Position numbers and translations under genes: made by a program. From Takakia lepidozioides (taxonomy: Eukaryota; Plantae; Bryophyta), in assembly GCA_030704615.1 (NCBI GenBank), contig CM060732.1, forward strand, positions 20,150,001-20,214,000: a DNA stretch of 64,000 nt. The letters run 5' to 3'. The notes beneath the pieces are model-generated. The model had not been told where the DNA came from. It searched no databases and saw nothing but the letters and a program-made list of their open reading frames with translations. Shown here piece after piece: positions 63,560 through 64,000 of the stretch. The stretch's first letter is position 1. Each line of letters opens with the position of its first letter.

Positions 63560-64000
63560 GGCCATGCTTATGAGTTCCATAAGCAGAACACTCAATAGGG
63601 CATTCATGATACAATTCATTCATAACTTTGAACCTCAGACGAGAGTTACACAAGTGAGGGGAGTAGATATAGAGATTACTCCCCAATACTTGCAACAATT
63701 GTTTGAATTGCCATCAGGCCGTGTAAATGTGGATGAGCACAGGGCAAGATTGTAGATAGGCAATTTGTTCCAAGAAGGGAGTTTCTTTAAGACTCAGGGA
63801 TACACTTGCACCAAGGCCGAGTACCCAGGGTTAAAAGAGGTTGGTTAGGTTCTGAATGTTCTGTTTGCCATGAAACAGAACCAACAATACCTTAGCAGAT
63901 CATTCACGGAGGAGATACTGAAAGCCTTGAGGGGGAAAGATGTGGCTTGGGCGGACTTAATGTACAATGGTTTGGTGGAAGAGATGAAGCGATTACAAGG
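63560..64000 (+). pseudogene. Remnant of a retrotransposon-associated accessory ORF
   Basis: IQFIHNF...VRGVDIEITPQYLQQLFELP and ALRGKDVAWADLMY resemble the 'putative plant transposon protein' pattern; interrupted by stops. Confidence 0.4.

Overview
Eukaryotic DNA: GT-AG introns, PLS-class PPR fragments and plant-type Ty3/Gypsy, CACTA and Mutator elements. It is most likely heterochromatin of a seed-free land plant (inferred). No intact host gene is evident; the window is a nest of decayed transposons. The dominant component is a group of diverged Mutator-like (MULE) DNA transposons. Their transposase has a WRKY/GCM-like Zn domain, a DDE core with CxxH, and a SWIM finger. It sits head-to-head with a large multi-exon cargo gene encoding a ParB/Srx-type domain (WDGNHR) fused to a beta-class N6A/N4C DNA-methyltransferase fold, with a non-canonical DIPDG motif IV. 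This cargo gene occurs in three diverged elements (3.4-8.5 kb, 45.7-50.6 kb, 57.4-63.5 kb), and its C-terminal end probably in a fourth (1-129). Each element carries its own family-specific 20-36 bp palindromes, repeated in introns and intergenic DNA. This looks like a transposon-encoded DNA-binding or DNA-modification system with cognate sites, and is the main candidate for an undescribed system. Also present: a pair of divergently transcribed paralogous unknown genes, a Gypsy element with a dUTPase-like domain, a CACTA element with tandemly amplified PPR fragments, other Gypsy fragments and LTRs, and MITEs. All domain calls are by eye from motifs; no database search was run.
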